Below, one piece after another: positions 1-19,733 of a stretch of DNA of 64,000 nucleotides. Positions within the stretch are counted from its first letter, which is position 1, and each line of letters opens with the position of its first letter. Source of the DNA: the human T2T-CHM13v2.0 reference genome, Homo sapiens; the NCBI RefSeq assembly GCF_009914755.1, contig NC_060925.1. One strand, given 5' to 3'. The notes under the pieces were generated by a model, which saw nothing but the letters and a program-made list of their open reading frames with translations, was not told the origin of the DNA and made no database searches. The position numbers and the translations under genes were made by a program.

Positions 1-2748
1 CATATCTCTTCCAATACTTAGGAACTTTTTAGGAACTATTTCATTAAACAGGATTTCTGTCCATTTCTCTTCTCTTTTTTGAAATCCCATAATGTGAATA
101 TTTGTTGCTTAATGTCATCTTATAGGTTCCATTAGGCTGTCTTCACTCTTTTTCATTCTTTTTTCTTTCTTTCCTCTGACTGAGTCATTTCAGAAGACCT
201 ATGTTTAAGTTCCCAGATTCTTTCTTCTGCTTGATCTAGCCTGCTGTTGAATTTCTTGGTTGTATTTTTATTTCATTGATTGAATTCTTCACTCCAAGCT
301 TTCTGTTTGGCTCTTTTAAAAAATATATTATCTATTTCTTTGTTAAATTTCTCATTGAAAGCATGAATCATTTTTCTGATTTTATTAATTATCTATTTGT
401 ATTCTCTTGTATCTCACTGAGTTTTCTTAAAATTATAATTTTGAATTTCTTTTCAGGAAACTCATAAATGTCTGCTTCTTTGGCATCAGTTACTGGATAA
501 TTACTGTGTTCCTTTGGTGGAGTCATGTTTCCTTGTATTTTGGTATGCATTTTGGTGCTATGGTATTTTCATGCATCTTGTGTTCCTGCACTGATGTCTG
601 CATATCTGGTGGTGTGGTCTCCTCTTCCAGGCTTTACAGAGTGGCTTTTGTAGAGAAAGACTTTCACCTGTAGATGGGCCTGAGGGTTTCAGTTGGGCAG
701 GATGCAGTGGCTCTGGTTTCATATGGATACAGTTGTGTAGTTTTTGTGCAGCTTCTTCGGTTATGATAAATGTTAGCAATGACTGGGGGTTTCAGTAGTC
801 TAGGTTACAGGAATTTGTGGCAGTGATGGTGGCTGCATGGGTTATTTGGGTAAGGGATTTAGGAATCCTCCTGTTTTTGTCTTCCTCACAGTGGGGACTT
901 ATCTGAGAAGATCTCTCTTGGTGTTGGTCTGACATGGCTCACAGGTAGTGACAGCAGCACTAGAATCCAGGGCACAGGTGCTCATGGGTGCTATGGAGCT
1001 GGGTTTCTGAACTCAGGGTCTTGTGAAACTACTACAGCACTTGAGACTTGAGGTACAGGTTCACTCTCCAAGGTATGAGTGAATGCAGTTCTCCCACTAA
1101 GCCAGAGTCGGTCATTCTGCAGCATATCTCAGCAGCTTGAGCCCAGGAGGCACGATATAGCTGTGATTCTGACCCTGGGAGGTGGGACAAAGTAATGGCA
1201 TTGATCCAGGGAAAAAAGAGTGCTCTGGAGGCTCAAGCTCTGGGGAGCAGAGCACAACTGCAATTCAGGTCCCAGAACCAACAGGGCACAGTGACAGCTT
1301 AGACTCCAGGGGATGAAGTACCACACAATGTTGACTCTGGGTTCAGAGATAATGGGACATAGCAGTAGTCCAGGCTCTGTTAGGCCAAGTGAAACAGCAC
1401 CAATGACCCAGGAATGGCAAGATGCTGCTGTGGCTTGGGCCTTGGCTGATGGGGAGCAGTGCAGTGATAACTCCATTCCCTGGAGAGGCGCAGTGCCATA
1501 GCAGCTTGAACTGTGAGGAGCTCATGAAATTCTAGGTAGGAGAGGTACTGTGGCTGTTCAGCCTGGAAGGCAGGGTGACACCTCAACAAAAGCTCTGATT
1601 CCCTGAAACATGAGGCACCACATCTATTTGGCCCGAAAAGTCACAGCTACATGGGTCAGTGGAGCCTCTAGATCCCTAGAGGCGGGGCATCATGTCAACT
1701 ATGGTGCTGTGGAGTGCAACTGCTCCACTGTGCCAGAAGCTTGAAGTCCCTTGTGGGGCAGAGTGCTCCCTTACCTGTGGCATAGGGGTCCGTGTGACTG
1801 CTCTGGTGTGCAGGAAACCTGAAGACCTGGGGTGGGAGGAATGGAGTGCTGCCTCAGTTGTGGCACCAGGGACACAAGTGCTCTGGTGTGCAGAAAACCT
1901 GAGGTCCCTGGGGGATAAAGTTCTATATCTAAGGTCCCTGAGGGATGAAGTGCTATGTCTGCTTTTGTGAGTGCTTCAGTGTTCTGGAGTCCTGAAGTCC
2001 TCAGGGGTTGAAGTAGGCCTTGGCTGTGGTACCAGGGGAACAACTGCTCTAGTAGTTTGAGGCTCTGGGTCCCTAATAGTGGGGCACGGCTTCAGGTTGG
2101 CCCTAAGGGGAGTGTGCAGCAGTGGTTGGGATGGGGAGAATGGAGTATCTCCATGGCTAATTGGCTCTAGGAAGTAGAGCATAGCAGCAATTCTGCTTGG
2201 GTCTGGTGTGCTACTGCGTGGGTGTAATGCAGTGGTGGCTGAGCCTCAGGGGTGGAGGAATGCAATGGCTACTTGTCCCCAGTGTAGGACACACTCTAGC
2301 GGTGGCTCTGGTTGCAGGATGACACAGGGCAGTAGCAGCATGGGCTTCTTTGGGGGTAGCTCAACATGTGGACTCCAGAGAGTTCCCTCAGCTGGGTTCA
2401 GAGCCTGTGAGAACTGTAGGAGCCTCTAGTAATAGAAGTAGTAGAAGTAGGAGTCAACAGTGGTTTGAGGGTTACTGGGGTCCTCTTGCTTACCTTTTCC
2501 TTGCAGAAAGAAGTCCTTCCTGGTTCTGAGCTGATCCCAATTGAGGGGATAGAGTGGCTGGGGAAAGGTGTTTTCTCCCCTTCGCTATGTGGCCATCCTG
2601 AATTTCTGTGCTCTACAGGATTTCTTTTGGGTTTTTATTGTTCTCTGGTATACTCCATTAGTTATTTTGGTTAAAATGTTATGGTTTTTTTTTTTAGTTG
2701 TGGAGGTAGAGCTCTAGTAGCTTCTAGTCAGCTATCTTACTGACATCC
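1..2748 (-). mobile_element. Old L1M (L1MA-type) ORF1 and long GC-rich 5' UTR; 5' end of the element
   Basis: T-rich antisense ORF1-like sequence at 1-600, then a ~2 kb GC-rich 5'UTR ending in 'ctagtcagctatcttactgacatc', which resembles the L1M 5'-terminal YY1-box region. Confidence 0.7.
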
Positions 2749-2749
2749 A

Positions 2750-5250
2750 ATTTTGGGAACACTGATATTTTTTGATGTTAAATTTTAAGATAGAAATAAG
2801 TTATACCTATATATTTGTTCCATATTGTTTTATATTTTTCAATAACTTTTCTCCTTTAAAATTTTATATTTTTCTACATCAGTCTTGTGCTTTTGTTGTG
2901 ACCTTTATTCTTAAGCATTTTCCAATTTTTTTACTATTGTAAATAAAACATTTTTACACATTAAATTTTCTAAGTGCTTATTGCCAGAATAGCTAACAGT
3001 TTATTACTTTTATGTTTATGTTTTTGTTTAGCTATAATTATATATCTATAACATAATTTCTGTTGATATGATTGTATTTGTTTTTTCTTTGTCTACTTTA
3101 TTTGCCTAAATATAAAAGAAGTAAAGTCTCTCACCATCTTTAAATTTTTATTACATTCTCCTTGCATTTCTAATTTTTCTCTTTACATCTGTTTCTTGCA
3201 ATCTATTGGGTTTGTGTATTTATCTTGTGTCCAGCCCTTTGCCAAAATCTCTTCTGTTAATTTTACTAGCTTTTCTTTGGTTTTCTAGATATATAATCAT
3301 ATCATTGGCAAAAAGACATAGTATTAACTCTTCTTTTCCAATGCCTATGACAATTATTATTATTTTATTGTTATTTTGCTTTGGCTAAAACTTCCAAGAT
3401 GGTGTTGAATAATATTAACATTGAGAGTAAGCATTTCTGATTTTTTTTTTTAATTTTGTTTTAACATTTAGAATAATGTTTGCTGTTGACTTTGGTAAAT
3501 AGTATTTATTTTGCCTAATGGGTCTATAATATACCTATTGTACTTAGATTTTTCTAAAAAAAGAAATACATGCTAAATGATTTCAAATGCCCTTTTAGCA
3601 TTTACTGATGTAATTACATGATCTTTTTCTTTTTAATTTGTTAATAAAATTTATTGTGTTGATAGATTCTAATGTTGAATGCTCTTGTATTCATAGAACA
3701 AGCCTTGCTTGTTTGTTGAACAGAAAACCTTTCATCTTTTGGTATAGTATTTGCTTCTATTTGTTAATTTTTATTTTAAAATTTGCACCTATATTTGTAA
3801 GTGAGATTGGTTTACAGCTTCGTTTTTTGTAATACTATTTTAAAAGCAAGTTTTACTGTTAAGGTTGTATTGCCTTCTTGCTATACTTACCTAAGCCTTA
3901 GCATAGCTTTCAAAATACTGATAACTATTTAAAATTTAGATAAAGCTTAGCCATAAATCTATCTAATCCAGATGACTAAAAATGTTAGGTCATTATTTTT
4001 TTTCAATCCTTTTTTGTGGCAAATTGTCGATTAAAAATTTTCATTGATTTTTGGATAAATTTTGTTAATTTATATTTGCCTAGGGTATTATCTATTACCT
4101 TTGGGTTTTCATAAAAAAGAATGTAGTATTCTCTTATATATATTTTCCAAAGTTGCTATTATTATATCTTTTTCCTTATTCCTATCTATTTTTGCTTTCC
4201 AGCTTTTTTCCTTAATCTGGGCCACAAGAGGTTCCTATTTTATTTTTATCTTTAGAGAACCAGCTTTTCTATTTATTTATACATTATCCTAATTTTATAA
4301 TTTTTTGCTTTCTACTTTATTAACTTCAGTATTTATACTTATTTGTTCCTCCTGCTTAATATATTTGTTGTTCACATTAAAATTCCTTAAGTGCTAATGG
4401 CTTTTAATTTTCATCTTTAGAACACAAGTAGGTCTATACATTTTTTTCCTCACAGTACAGCTTTTTCTGTGTCTGTAGGTTTTGATATAAAGTATTATGT
4501 TATTTAATATTTATTGCTTTCTTTGTAGCTTACATATATTTTTAGATTTTCTGTTTTACCCAAAGATTAGTCATGAAAGCTTTTTAATTCCAAAATTTAA
4601 GATTTTCTTTTTATTACCTTTGCATTAGTCATTTCTACTTTTATTGAGTTTTGACTGAAAAATGAAGACCACTAAATATTGTTAAATCTACCTAAATATT
4701 TGCATAGAAGATATTCTTTGTGGCCAAGTACATGATTGATTTTTATAATTATTCAAAGAACATAAGAAAAAATAAGTACTTTTTGTTTGGTGGATTTGGG
4801 TTCTAAATGTATCTGTATTATAATTTTTACTGATTTGATTATTTAATTTTTTAAAGTCCTTTTTAAAATCTTTGTCTATTCAATTTGTGTAACTATGAAA
4901 GAGGTATAATGATGTCTCTCACTATCTAAAATATTAAGTTAATATTAAAATATTAAGTTCTCTTTGCATTTCTAATAGTTTTTGTCTTAAATATTTTGCT
5001 GCTGTAAGTACTTCAAGCACACAGGTTTACAATTCATACTGTCTTCATAAAGTATGCCTATGCCTTGTCTCAGTACCTAATGTTTTCCCTTCTTCCTGTT
5101 TAATACTTTTAAATGGAAATTTTACTTTGTCTGATATTAGCTCCTGCCTTTACAAATTGTTTTTTACTGCCTATTCCTCTAATTAATTAATATCCTCACT
5201 ATTTTAGATATTTTTACAGTAAACAGCATATAGCCAGTTTCTCGCCATTT
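2750..5250 (-). mobile_element. Highly diverged ancient L1 (L1ME/L1M-like) ORF2 remnant
   Basis: Very AT-rich; degenerate antisense ORF2 phrases such as 'aaatgcccttttagcatttactgatgtaattacatgatctttttct' and 'gagaaccagctttt'. Confidence 0.55.
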
Positions 5251-5256
5251 GATTCG

Positions 5257-5547
<291 letters not shown>

Positions 5548-5639
5548 TGATTCTTAATGGGAATTCAGTCATTTCACATCTATTAGAATGATTGATATAC
5601 GTGACTTTATTCCTCTTATGTTTATGTTTTAAAAAATTT

Positions 5640-6015
5640 TATTTCATATGGGGGAGAAGAGACAAATTTTGATTGCAGAATTTCAAATAATATATGTAGG
5701 TACTCCCCACTCCAGAAGGTGCAGTTTAATTCCTGCCTCACTCCCACGCCCCTGCCTTCTTGAGGGCTGGCTAAATTTAGTGAGTGGCTTCCAAAGAATA
5801 GAGTAAGGAAAGAGAATAATGGTAATTTTGTAACGGGGAGACCTGGCAAGCACGAAGTGATGAAGACTAACATCATTGTTGATATTTTGTGGATATCATG
5901 TACCCCTGATGTAATGTGAGAAGAGGGGCATTTCACTTTTGTAGTATTCTTTCCAAAATCCCAGAGCCCCATCTAACCATGGAGAAGGCATTAGAGAAAC
6001 TCAAATTAGAGATAT
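5640..6015 (+). mobile_element. L1MC/L1MD-type 3' UTR fragment
   Basis: 'aatttcaaataatatatgtaggtactcc...ttccaaagaatagagta' resembles the L1MC3/4-L1MD 3' region (from memory). Confidence 0.55.
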
Positions 6016-6129
6016 AAAAGTTATTTTATAGTGTTATTTTCTTATATTTGTTGGTTTGCTCAAGCTGCTCTTTATCCTATTCCCCATACACACCCCCGAT
6101 GCCTTGTTAATTTGAAAGTTCTACTTTGC

Positions 6130-6411
6130 TTTTTTTTTTTTTTTTTTGAGATGGAGTTTCACTCTGTCACCCAGGCTGGAGTGCAGTGGCATGATCTTTG
6201 CCTCCTGGGTTCAAGCGATTCTCCTGCCTCAGCCTCCTGAGTAGCTGGGATTACAGGCACAACATCACCACGACTGGCTAATTTTTGTACTTTTAGTAGA
6301 GACAGGGTTTCACTATGTTGGTCAGGCTGGTCTTGAACTCCTGACCTTGTGATCTGCCCATCTCAGCCTCCCAAAGTGCTGGGATTACAGACGTGAGCCA
6401 CTGCACCGGGC
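6130..6411 (-). mobile_element. AluS with a small internal deletion
   Basis: T-run 6130-6147, antisense Alu body; the 'gctcactgcaacctcc' segment is missing near 6198. Confidence 0.93.
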
Positions 6412-6667
6412 TGCTTTCCCTTTTATTAGCACTTGGTTCACTTTCTATACATCGATAATCAGACATACATTTTTTGCAGTATTGGAAAACAATGTCTCTA
6501 CTGTTTCCTCCACCAAGATGTATATTTGCCCCTCCAAGACAGTCTATTCTCAGCTTTACTCTACCCTAATAAGATGAGAACTCAAAAGTTTTTACTTTAC
6601 CTTATTTATCTCAACTGCTGGGTTTTTCTACTTCTAACCTTTAAAGTACTATTTTAAAAGTACACAT

Positions 6668-6961
6668 GGCTGGGCATGGTAGCTCACGCCTGTAATCCCA
6701 GCACTTTGGGAGGCCGAGGCAGGCAGATCACCTGAGGTCAGGAGACAGAGACCATCCTAGGTAACACAATGAAACCCCGTCTCTACTGAAAATACAAAAA
6801 AATAGCTGGGCATGGTGGCATGCACCTGTAATCCCAGCTTCTCAGGAGGCTGAGGCAGGAGAATCACTTGAACCAGGAGATGGAGGTTGCAGTGAGCCGA
6901 GATCACGCCACTGCATGCCAGCCTGGGCAACAGAGACAGACTCCACCTCAAAAAAAAAAAA
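6668..6961 (+). mobile_element. AluS
   Basis: ggctgggcatggtagctcacgcc...A-tail; TSD-like aaaagtaca(c/t)a on both sides. Confidence 0.95.
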
Positions 6962-7189
6962 GTACATACAATTATTTCCTTGTAGTATATACCTTCTATT
7001 TCAAAAATCCTTTAAAAACATATATATTTCATATTCTTAGTAAGTTATTATCCACTTAGGTTTATTCACATATTAGTTCACAGCTCTTTGCTTACACTGT
7101 TTTTTCTCCTCTTATTTTTTTCTCCCTCTTGAAGTACCTGTTATAGTTCATTGGTTGTTTGCTAGACTCCCCCCTGATTTTCTTTTTTT

Positions 7190-7502
<313 letters not shown>

Positions 7503-7560
7503 TGAGTTCCCCTTAGATTTTCTGAAAGTGTTGGTAGTATAATTGAAAAAATTAATTTTT

Positions 7561-7856
7561 GGCTGAGTTTAGTGGCTCACACTGTAATCCCAGCACTTTG
7601 GGAGGCCAAGGTGGGAGGATTGCCTGAGCCCAGGAATTGGAGACCAGCCTGGGCAATATAGCACGACTCTGTCTCTACAAAAAAAAAAAAAAAAAAATTA
7701 GCCTGGTGCAGTGGCGCATGCCTGTGGTGGGAGGATTGATCCTTGAGCCCAGGAGGTGGAGGCTACAGTGACCTGTGGTTGTGCCACTGCATTCTAGCCT
7801 GGGTGATAGAGCAAAACCCTGTCTCAAAATAATAATAATAATGATAATAATAATTT
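7561..7856 (+). mobile_element. AluJ with internal deletion and (AAT)n tail
   Basis: 'gggaggattgcctgagcccagga' is a J-type diagnostic; tail is aataataat. Confidence 0.9.
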
Positions 7857-9370
<1,514 letters not shown>

Positions 9371-9399
9371 GTAGATTCTTTTCCTAAGATGGGCTATGG

Positions 9400-10543
9400 G
9401 GGTGATAAACTCGATTCCTGGCATGTTCTCATGCATTTTTCTTTCATTCTGAGAAGTGAATAATTTTGACTGCGTGTAGGATCCTTGCTGCAGTCTCTCA
9501 GTGTCCATGGATGTTATTTTACTGTTTTTCAGGTTCTAAGGCTACAGTGAAGAAAACTGATGCCAGTCTGATTATTTTTCACTTATAGAGCTTATTCTCT
9601 TTTTATCTGAATGCTTGGCAGGCTTTTCTTTTTACCCAGTTTGAAATGTTACTAGGATATTCCTTGGTATGTCTCTTTTCTTTTCAGTCATGTCAGAATT
9701 CAGAGAGGCTTTACGTAAGTATAACTGTTTTTTTTTTCTTCTTCTAGAACACCTATAGTTCTCACGGATATATTCTCCAAGTCTCTTATATTTTCCTTCA
9801 CAATTTATGTTTATTTATTTTTTTCTTCCATGCTTAAAATATTTCTCATATTTGATCATCCAGGCCATTAATTCAAGTCTTAACCATGACCACCCTCTGC
9901 TTTGATTTCTCTTCTAAATCTTTTAGTTGAGGTTTTCTTTGACCACAGAAGACTATTTTACTGTTGCTGCTGTTGCTGTGTGTGCTACACTGGATCTACT
10001 TAAGTACTAATTTTTATATGCAAAGTGTTGGCATTCTTCTTCAGCAGCTCTATTTTGCTATGCATGTGTTCAGTTTCTTCTGATGCATACTTCTCTCTCA
10101 GACAGCCAGATGAGAAACAAGTGCTGCTTGTTTAAGTCCTTAATGTGGCAGCAGCCTCAATAGTGGCAAGGAAATGTTGTCTTTCATCCTGTGGGCTAAG
10201 GGAGTGTGGAGGCTGGCAGATTTCCAGGGCCCCAGAAGCAGCCTCCTTGCTCCCTAGTTTTCTCATGCTCTCCCTGCCTCTTGGGAAGGAAGGACCCAGT
10301 CTGCCAGTCCTATCCTTCTTGGCCTCTTAGGGTCAGGAAACCCAGGCAATCTCCCCCAGTGCTTACTGTGATCTTGGGCTTTATGATCCCACTCTGGAGC
10401 TCTCCAACTCTGGCTTCCCCATGCTCCTGTTCAGCCCACTGGAGAGAGTTTGCAGATATTCCACAGTACCCAAATCTTCACTTGAGTCTGATAACCATAG
10501 GCCCTAGAAGTCATTAGAATTGGGAGAGGCAGAGAGATTCTTT
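9400..10543 (-). mobile_element. Ancient L1ME/HAL1-like ORF1 and 5' region (continues to ~14610 beyond the L1PA3 insertion)
   Basis: 'gaagaaaactgatgccagtctgatt' ORF1-like motif; 5'-terminal-like 'accatcttcccagga' at ~14593. Confidence 0.45.
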
Positions 10544-10563
10544 GAAAATAAATAGAAAGTGTG

Positions 10564-14550
<3,987 letters not shown>

Positions 14551-15067
14551 AAATAGAAAGTGTGACTGAAGGGAAGAGAATTGAGTTCAGATCACCATCT
14601 TCCCAGGACTCTCTGCCACTGATGATATCACTTCAATTTTAATTGCTGATTTATTTCTCTGCCTCCTCAGCAGAATGTGTCCTCTTAGCCCTGGGCTTGA
14701 ATCATGTTTGTTTTTTTATACCCAGCACCTGGCACAGTACATGGGGCATAATCAAATTTCATTAGCTGCATTTGGAACGAATGAATGGCAATGTGAAACT
14801 GCAGTGAGTTACTTGATCAGGTCTCAGAAATCCATCCAGATTCTTGCACTGCAAATAAACTCTCTGGCCCTGGTATTTTTGACAAAGAGAACTTTACTGG
14901 AATGATATTGATTGTCCAGGAATTGAGAAAAGCCTAGAGAACTAGGCTTGGAAATGGGCAGCAGTCAGGGCACCCCTGCAGGGCCAGGAAACTAGAAGAA
15001 AATACTGGTCAAGCAGCAGGAACATCTTGGTCAGAGTCACATTACTGGATGAATGCTCTTCAGTCTG

Positions 15068-15075
15068 GTTTTTTG

Positions 15076-15106
<31 letters not shown>

Positions 15107-15110
15107 TTTT
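15068..15110. repeat. (TTTTG)n simple repeat
   Basis: Directly visible. Confidence 0.85.
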
Positions 15111-15752
15111 CATGCCTTTATATTGCTCACTCAAGATTAAAAGTCCTAGGAGAGAATCTGCTAATTGCTCCACCGTATGACAGCCATAGCAGGAGGTATC
15201 TAATGTATTGGCTTCCAGAGTGAAGGCAGGGATTTGGATTTCCCATGTCACCAAGGCTACCTTCAGTGGGGTAGATTATGCTCCTGGGGGGAGAGAAATG
15301 TTTTAGGAAGCGGGGAAATAGTGCTGGGTGACCACAAAACAACCTATGTTCCCAACAAGGACAGGTGTCTGATTTCCACAGTGGGTCAAGTGATTCCTTT
15401 GTCACTCCTACTCCCTCTCCCCACTAGTGGAGCTCTTGATACCACTGCCAAGACTGGGGTGAGAGAGGAGAGGAGTGGATGCTGGCTGCTACCAGACCCC
15501 CAATCTCCACCTCCAGCTTCCAGCCCCTGCTGTTCTGAAGTAGGACCTGTTCCCATGGGAACCAGGGGAATTCTAAGAGCTGGTTTTAAGGAAAGGCAGA
15601 TAGGCTCCTGTGACTCTATGGTCAATCTTAGTTCTTCCTCTTCTCTCATAACAACAGTGTAGATGACATTTTAGATTCCTAAATTAAGTAGGCTTTTGTG
15701 GGTTGGCTTGAGACCCTAGTCACTAAATGTTACTAGTTTCCAAGCAACCTTC

Positions 15753-16118
15753 TGTCTTAGTCCATTCAGGCTGCTATAACAAAATACTATAGACAAAATG
15801 CCATGATTTATACACAACAAAAATTTATTTATCATAGTTCTGGAGTCTGGTAAATCCAAGATCAATGCACCAGCAGGTTTGGTATCTGATGAGGTCTGCT
15901 TCCTCATAGACAGCTATCTTCCCGCTGTAACCTCAGATGGCAGAAGGGGTGAGAGACCTCTTTGGGGCTTCTTTTATAAGGGCTCTAATCCCATTCATGA
16001 GGGCTTCACCCTCATGACCTATCACCTCCCAAAAGCCCCACCTCCTAATACCATCACAGTGGGTATTAGGATTTCAACACATGAATGGGGGTGGGGAGCA
16101 AACATTCAGACCCTAGCA
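15753..16118 (-). mobile_element. MLT1A/MST-type MaLR solo LTR
   Basis: tgtcttagtccattcaggctgctataac...cagaccctagca, 366 bp, TG..CA ends, 5-bp flanks ccttc/acttc. Confidence 0.85.
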
Positions 16119-16459
16119 ACTTCCTTTCTCCTTTCTATCCAAATGTTTATTGAATGCCAGTCATTGGAAACCAAAATAGATAGCCCTTTTTTTCATAGAA
16201 CTTACAGTCTAGTGGGAGAAAACAGATATGAAACAAACAACCACACAACTAAATATGTATTTGCAAATTGGTACAATACTATACATAATAAGTAGTCATG
16301 ACAGGGACATAATTTGGATGGGGAAGATATGAAAAGGCCTCTTTGAGGAAGTGACATGCAAGCTGAAGACCATGAAGATGGGAAGGTAGTGCCCACGCAA
16401 AGTGACTCATTCTTAGATTTTCATCTCATGGCCAAAGTTCTATGGTTTCTTGTAGTTCT

Positions 16460-16992
<533 letters not shown>

Positions 16993-17619
16993 TAGGCTGA
17001 GGTCAGTCTCACAGCAGCCAACCTCATCAAAAGGAGAACTGCTACTTAGCAATAGTTGCTTTAAAAAGTTCTGTGATGGAGTCAGATGGTCACAGCTTGA
17101 GTCCGCTGTCCATCCCTGAACCAAGCATAGTGACAGGGGGTGGAATGGTGACTCAGAGTGGGGAAGGAGTGAATCTGCCAAAGAAAATTGTGGTGCTGTT
17201 GGCAGAAGAAGGAAACTACTACTGGGCAGGCAAAATAGCAGATGCCTCTTGCATGAGTGAGAAGGGCAGTGGCACAGGAAAACTGGATGGGTAGGCAGGG
17301 GCTAGATCATTCAGGACATTGTCAAGGAACTGAGATGTCTCTTAAGGGCCCTGGGGAACCACTGACAGGTTTTAAGCAGCATAGAGGGGGTGGCAAAACC
17401 TGTGCCAAGCATCAGAGCCCTTGCATATTTAGGTTTTGTGGGCATCTTGCCCACACCTCCCTCCATGAAAGAAACAGTATATGTCCCCTGCTTCTCTCAC
17501 CTTCTCCTGTCTTATATCTTTTTTTAATGTGTAGATTCCATTGTCTTCTACCTAGAGGTAAATAACACAAGCAGAATTGTGCTATGGGAAAGCACTATTC
17601 TTCCACAGGCTTCTATCAC

Positions 17620-18110
17620 ATATAGTTTGATGAACTGCATCACATTTCAGAATTTGCTTTCTGCTCTGGAGATAAGAGTTAGAATTGAGCAAGTGTTTAT
17701 GTATATCCCAGGAAGTCGTTGTTTTAATCCAATTAACTACCTAGTGGAAAATCGCTCTGCATCCCAGCAGTGCTTATGCCATTATGGCCAAGTCCAGGGC
17801 ATTGCCAACATATCTTTGCAAATTTCATTAGCAGTGGCTGTTTCCGCCTTCTTCTAGGTCATTAGTGAGTTTGTTAAACAAGGCCAGTTCTGACATCAGC
17901 CTCCGACATGCCCCAGTGGACCTTTTGCTTCCCAACCAGATGTAGTTCCTATTTACTCCTGATTATGCAGTGTTTTCACCCTGCCAGCATTCCACTTAGA
18001 CGAGAGCATTCAAAAACAGGCCAATTTAATTTGGAGCACAACTTTTATGGAGGTCGTTGTCAAATGCATCACTGACACCTACATAATGCTGCTGCACTCC
18101 TGTCACCTGC
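17620..18110 (-). mobile_element. Ancient CR1/L3 LINE reverse-transcriptase remnant
   Basis: Minus-strand translation gives VSDAFD (cf. FSKAFD) at ~18059-18076 and LFNKLTNDLEEGGNS//LMKFA (cf. CR1 LFNIFINDLEEG..S.LxKFADD) at ~17815-17882. Confidence 0.7.
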
Positions 18111-19733
18111 TTTCTTCCAGGGTGTCCTTTTCACTCTCCTCCTATTGCTGTACTTCTAACAGCAGTTTCTAAAACAAATTATTGCAATGAAATACACTAA
18201 CATAAAAGTACTATTTTAACCATTTTTAAGTGTACAGTTCAGTAGTGTTAAATATATTCCTTATGCAACCAACCTCCTGAACCTTTCCATCTTGTGAAAC
18301 TGAAACTCTACGTACACTGAACAATTCTTCATTCTTTCCTTCCTCCGGCCCCTGGCAGTCACCATTCTGCTTTCTATCTCTGGATTTGACTACAGTATGT
18401 CCTCATATAAGCAGAATCCTACAATGTTTGTTTTTTTGCGACAATGTTTGTTTTTATTTCACTTAGCGTAATGTGCTCAAGGTTCATCTATGTCGTAGCA
18501 TGTGTCAAAATTTCCTTTCTAAGGGTAGATCGTATTCCAACGTATGTAAATACCACATTTTGTTTATCCCATCATCTGTCAATGAGTGTTTGGGTTGCTT
18601 CCACCTCTTGGCTTTTTGTGAATAGTGCTGCTATGAACATGGGTGCACAACTGTTTGAGTCCCTGCTTTCAACTCTTTGGAGTATTTACACAGAATTGAC
18701 ATTGCTGATCATAGAGTAATTGTATTTTTAATATTTTTGAAAGACTATTACATTTTTTATTTATTTGAGGAATTATCATACTGTTTTCCATAGTGGCTGC
18801 ACCATTTTATTAAAAAAAAAACTTTTAGGTTCAGGGGGTACATGTGTAGGTTTGTTTTATAGGCAAACTTGTGTTACAGGGGTTTTTTATACCAATTATT
18901 CCATCACCAACGTATTAAGCCTAGTACCCAACAGTTATTTTTTCTGATCCTCTCCCTCCTCCCACCCTTGACCCTCAAGTAGGCCCCAGTGTCTATTGTT
19001 CCCTCTTTGTGTCCACGTGTTCTCATCATTTAGCTCCCACTTATAAATGAGAACATGTGGTATTTGGTTTTCTGTTTCTGCATTAGTTTGCTAAGAATAA
19101 TGACCTCCAGCTCTATCTATGTTCCCACAAAGGACATGATCTAGTTCTTTTTTATGGCTGCATAGTATTCCATGGTGTATATGTACCACATTTTCTTTAT
19201 TTAATCTGTCATTGATGGGCATTTAGGTTGATTCCATGTCTTTGCTATTGTGAATAATGCTGCAGTGAACATACATGTGCATGTGTCTTTATAATAGAAT
19301 GATTTATATTCCTATGGGTATATACCCAGTAATGGGATTGCTGGGTCAAATGATATTTCTGCTCCTAGGTTTTTGAGGAATCACCACATTGTCTTCCAGA
19401 ATGGCTGAAGTAATTTACACTCCCACCAACAGTGTGAAAGCATTCCCATTTCTCCACAACCTCACCAGCATCTGTTTTTTTTTGTTTGTTTGTTTTTTAC
19501 CATTTAACTTGTTTTAATGTTTCTTCACAAATGGTGAAAAATACTAAAGTACAGAGAAAGAATAATCATAATGTTGTGGCCAACATTATAAATATGGAAT
19601 TATAAATTTAAAACATTTTCTGGTTTAAAAAATAAATCTGGTAGTCAATGCAGCTCTGCGGGTTCTCTGCATCTAGTAGGGCTGATCTCTGCGCTCCTGA
19701 CAGTGCTCGCCTTTATCCGTTTTTCCAGGTCCT

